Position numbers and translations under genes: made by a program. The notes below the pieces were generated by a model, which made no database searches, was not told the origin of the DNA, and saw nothing but the letters and a program-made list of their open reading frames with translations. Below are positions 63,027 through 64,000 of a stretch of 64,000 bases of DNA, piece after piece. The DNA is from an uncultured Porphyromonadaceae bacterium (GTDB lineage Bacteria; Bacteroidota; Bacteroidia; Bacteroidales; UBA12481): positions 10,394-74,393 of the forward strand of contig CAZEKJ010000005.1 in NCBI GenBank assembly GCA_964512915.1, read 5' to 3'. Numbering within the stretch: the stretch's first letter is position 1; the number at the start of each line of letters is the position of its first letter.

Positions 63027-64000
63027 GGTAATCGGGTTAAAAAATCAACAAACCTCTTGATCAATAAGTCGTTGGAGTAATTATTCTGTACCAGTTCAAT
63101 GGCTTTTTTGCCCATCTCTTTTCTGAGTCCGGGTGAGCGCAGGAGTGTGATCACGGCGGCTGCGAAATCAAACGGACGGTCGGCAACCAGGCACTCTGTG
63201 CCGGGTGTCAGACAAACGCCTTCGGCTCCGATGGTGGTTGAAACCACTGCCTTTCCCGCAGAAAGGTAGTCGAGCATCTTGATGCGCATACCGCTGCCGG
63301 AAAAGAGCGGAATCACCATGACCGACAGTTCGGCCGTAAAAACTTGGGCATCCTCGATCTCGCCATGAAAAACAGCACCCAATCCCTTCATTTCTGTAGC
63401 AAAATCATTTGGCGAATTGCGACCCGCCAGATGAAATTCGGCTTCGGGAATGCTTTTCTTTACGACAGGCCATACCTCCTGGAGGAACCACCGGATCCCA
63501 TTCTGATTCGGCAGCCAGTCGAGAGCTCCAAGGTGCCCCACCTTGAATCCGGTTCCTGGTTGTGTTTTTAAATCTTTGTTTAACAGTTCGATGCCTGTGG
63601 GCAATACGAACATGGGCTTGTGATTTCCAAATGCGGTGAGCTGACCTCCGTCGCGTTCGGAAATCGGTACAACCGCCGAATAGCGGTTGATCTGTTTTAA
63701 TTCGAACCTCCGGATCCTGTTTCCCAGGATTTTCAGGTACCTTCCTTTAAGTCCGGGGGTAGCCTTTGCGGTTCTGAGCCAGATTTCATGCTCGATATTG
63801 TGGGAGCGCATAAGGATCCGGGTTCCCGGAAAGCTTTCCGGAATATCGAGATACAGGAAAGTGTAGAGGTTTTCCAACAGGACGAAGTCGAATTTTTCAT
63901 TCTGCAGCAATTTCCTCAGTGCGGCTGCATATTCCCTGGAGCGGAACCTGACGGCGTTGTAAGGGAGCCGCGAAAAAAGCAGGTTGATCAACGCCGGAAA
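63023..64000 (-). CDS. GT4/GT1-type glycosyltransferase (N-terminus beyond window end)
   Basis: The C-terminal E-x7-E-like region (GSGMRIKMLDYLSAGKAVVSTTIGAEG). The frame stays open through position 64000, so the track start at 63991 is not the real start. Confidence 0.7.
   Translation of the reverse strand, partial: FPALINLLFSRLPYNAVRFRSREYAAALRKLLQNEKFDFVLLENLYTFLYLDIPESFPGTRILMRSHNIEHEIWLRTAKATPGLKGRYLKILGNRIRRFELKQINRYSAVVPISERDGGQLTAFGNHKPMFVLPTGIELLNKDLKTQPGTGFKVGHLGALDWLPNQNGIRWFLQEVWPVVKKSIPEAEFHLAGRNSPNDFATEMKGLGAVFHGEIEDAQVFTAELSVMVIPLFSGSGMRIKMLDYLSAGKAVVSTTIGAEGVCLTPGTECLVADRPFDFAAAVITLLRSPGLRKEMGKKAIELVQNNYSNDLLIKRFVDFLTRLP

Overview
A 64-kb chromosomal segment that reads as Bacteroidota. 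The evidence is a T9SS C-terminal sorting domain on an S8 protease, a CarboxypepD_reg-type TonB receptor behind a TPP riboswitch, TAnnTTTG -7 boxes, a FISUMP-domain lipoprotein and mostly absent Shine-Dalgarno sites. I call about 53 protein genes, two of them truncated by the window edges. I saw no rRNA, tRNA, CRISPR, transposase, integrase or reverse transcriptase.

Neighbourhoods:
- 1-7.1 kb: minus-strand esterase / Na+:solute symporter / GH130 / four-helix-bundle / GH94 phosphorylase cluster.
- 7.7-13.5 kb: GDPD, methyltransferase, URO-D-like protein, MFS sugar porter and M28 peptidase.
- 13.5-22 kb: ion and phosphate island. TerC, DUF47 and PiT converge on phoU-pstBACS plus a porin.
- 22.2-33 kb: long minus-strand glycan operon rich in DUF-type hydrolases plus GH38, with crcB and DUF190 embedded in it.
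- 33-40 kb: amidohydrolase and a three-gene surface-lipoprotein / nuclease operon.
- 40-64 kb: housekeeping genes (CCA enzyme, thioredoxin, TPP-riboswitch TonB receptor, xseAB, dnaK, peroxiredoxin, panB, fmt, ribBA and glycosyltransferases).

The most unusual signal is non-coding. From 0.9 to 42.8 kb, nearly every transcription-unit boundary is filled by modular mosaics of 7-, 8- and 16-nt tandem arrays taken from a small alphabet. These mosaics share a junction motif and a hairpin family with compensatory stem changes, and they start exactly at stop or start codons. A four-helix-bundle (23S-rRNA-IVS/Avd-like) gene sits inside one mosaic.

All family names come from motifs I recognise by eye. 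No database search or folding calculation was run.
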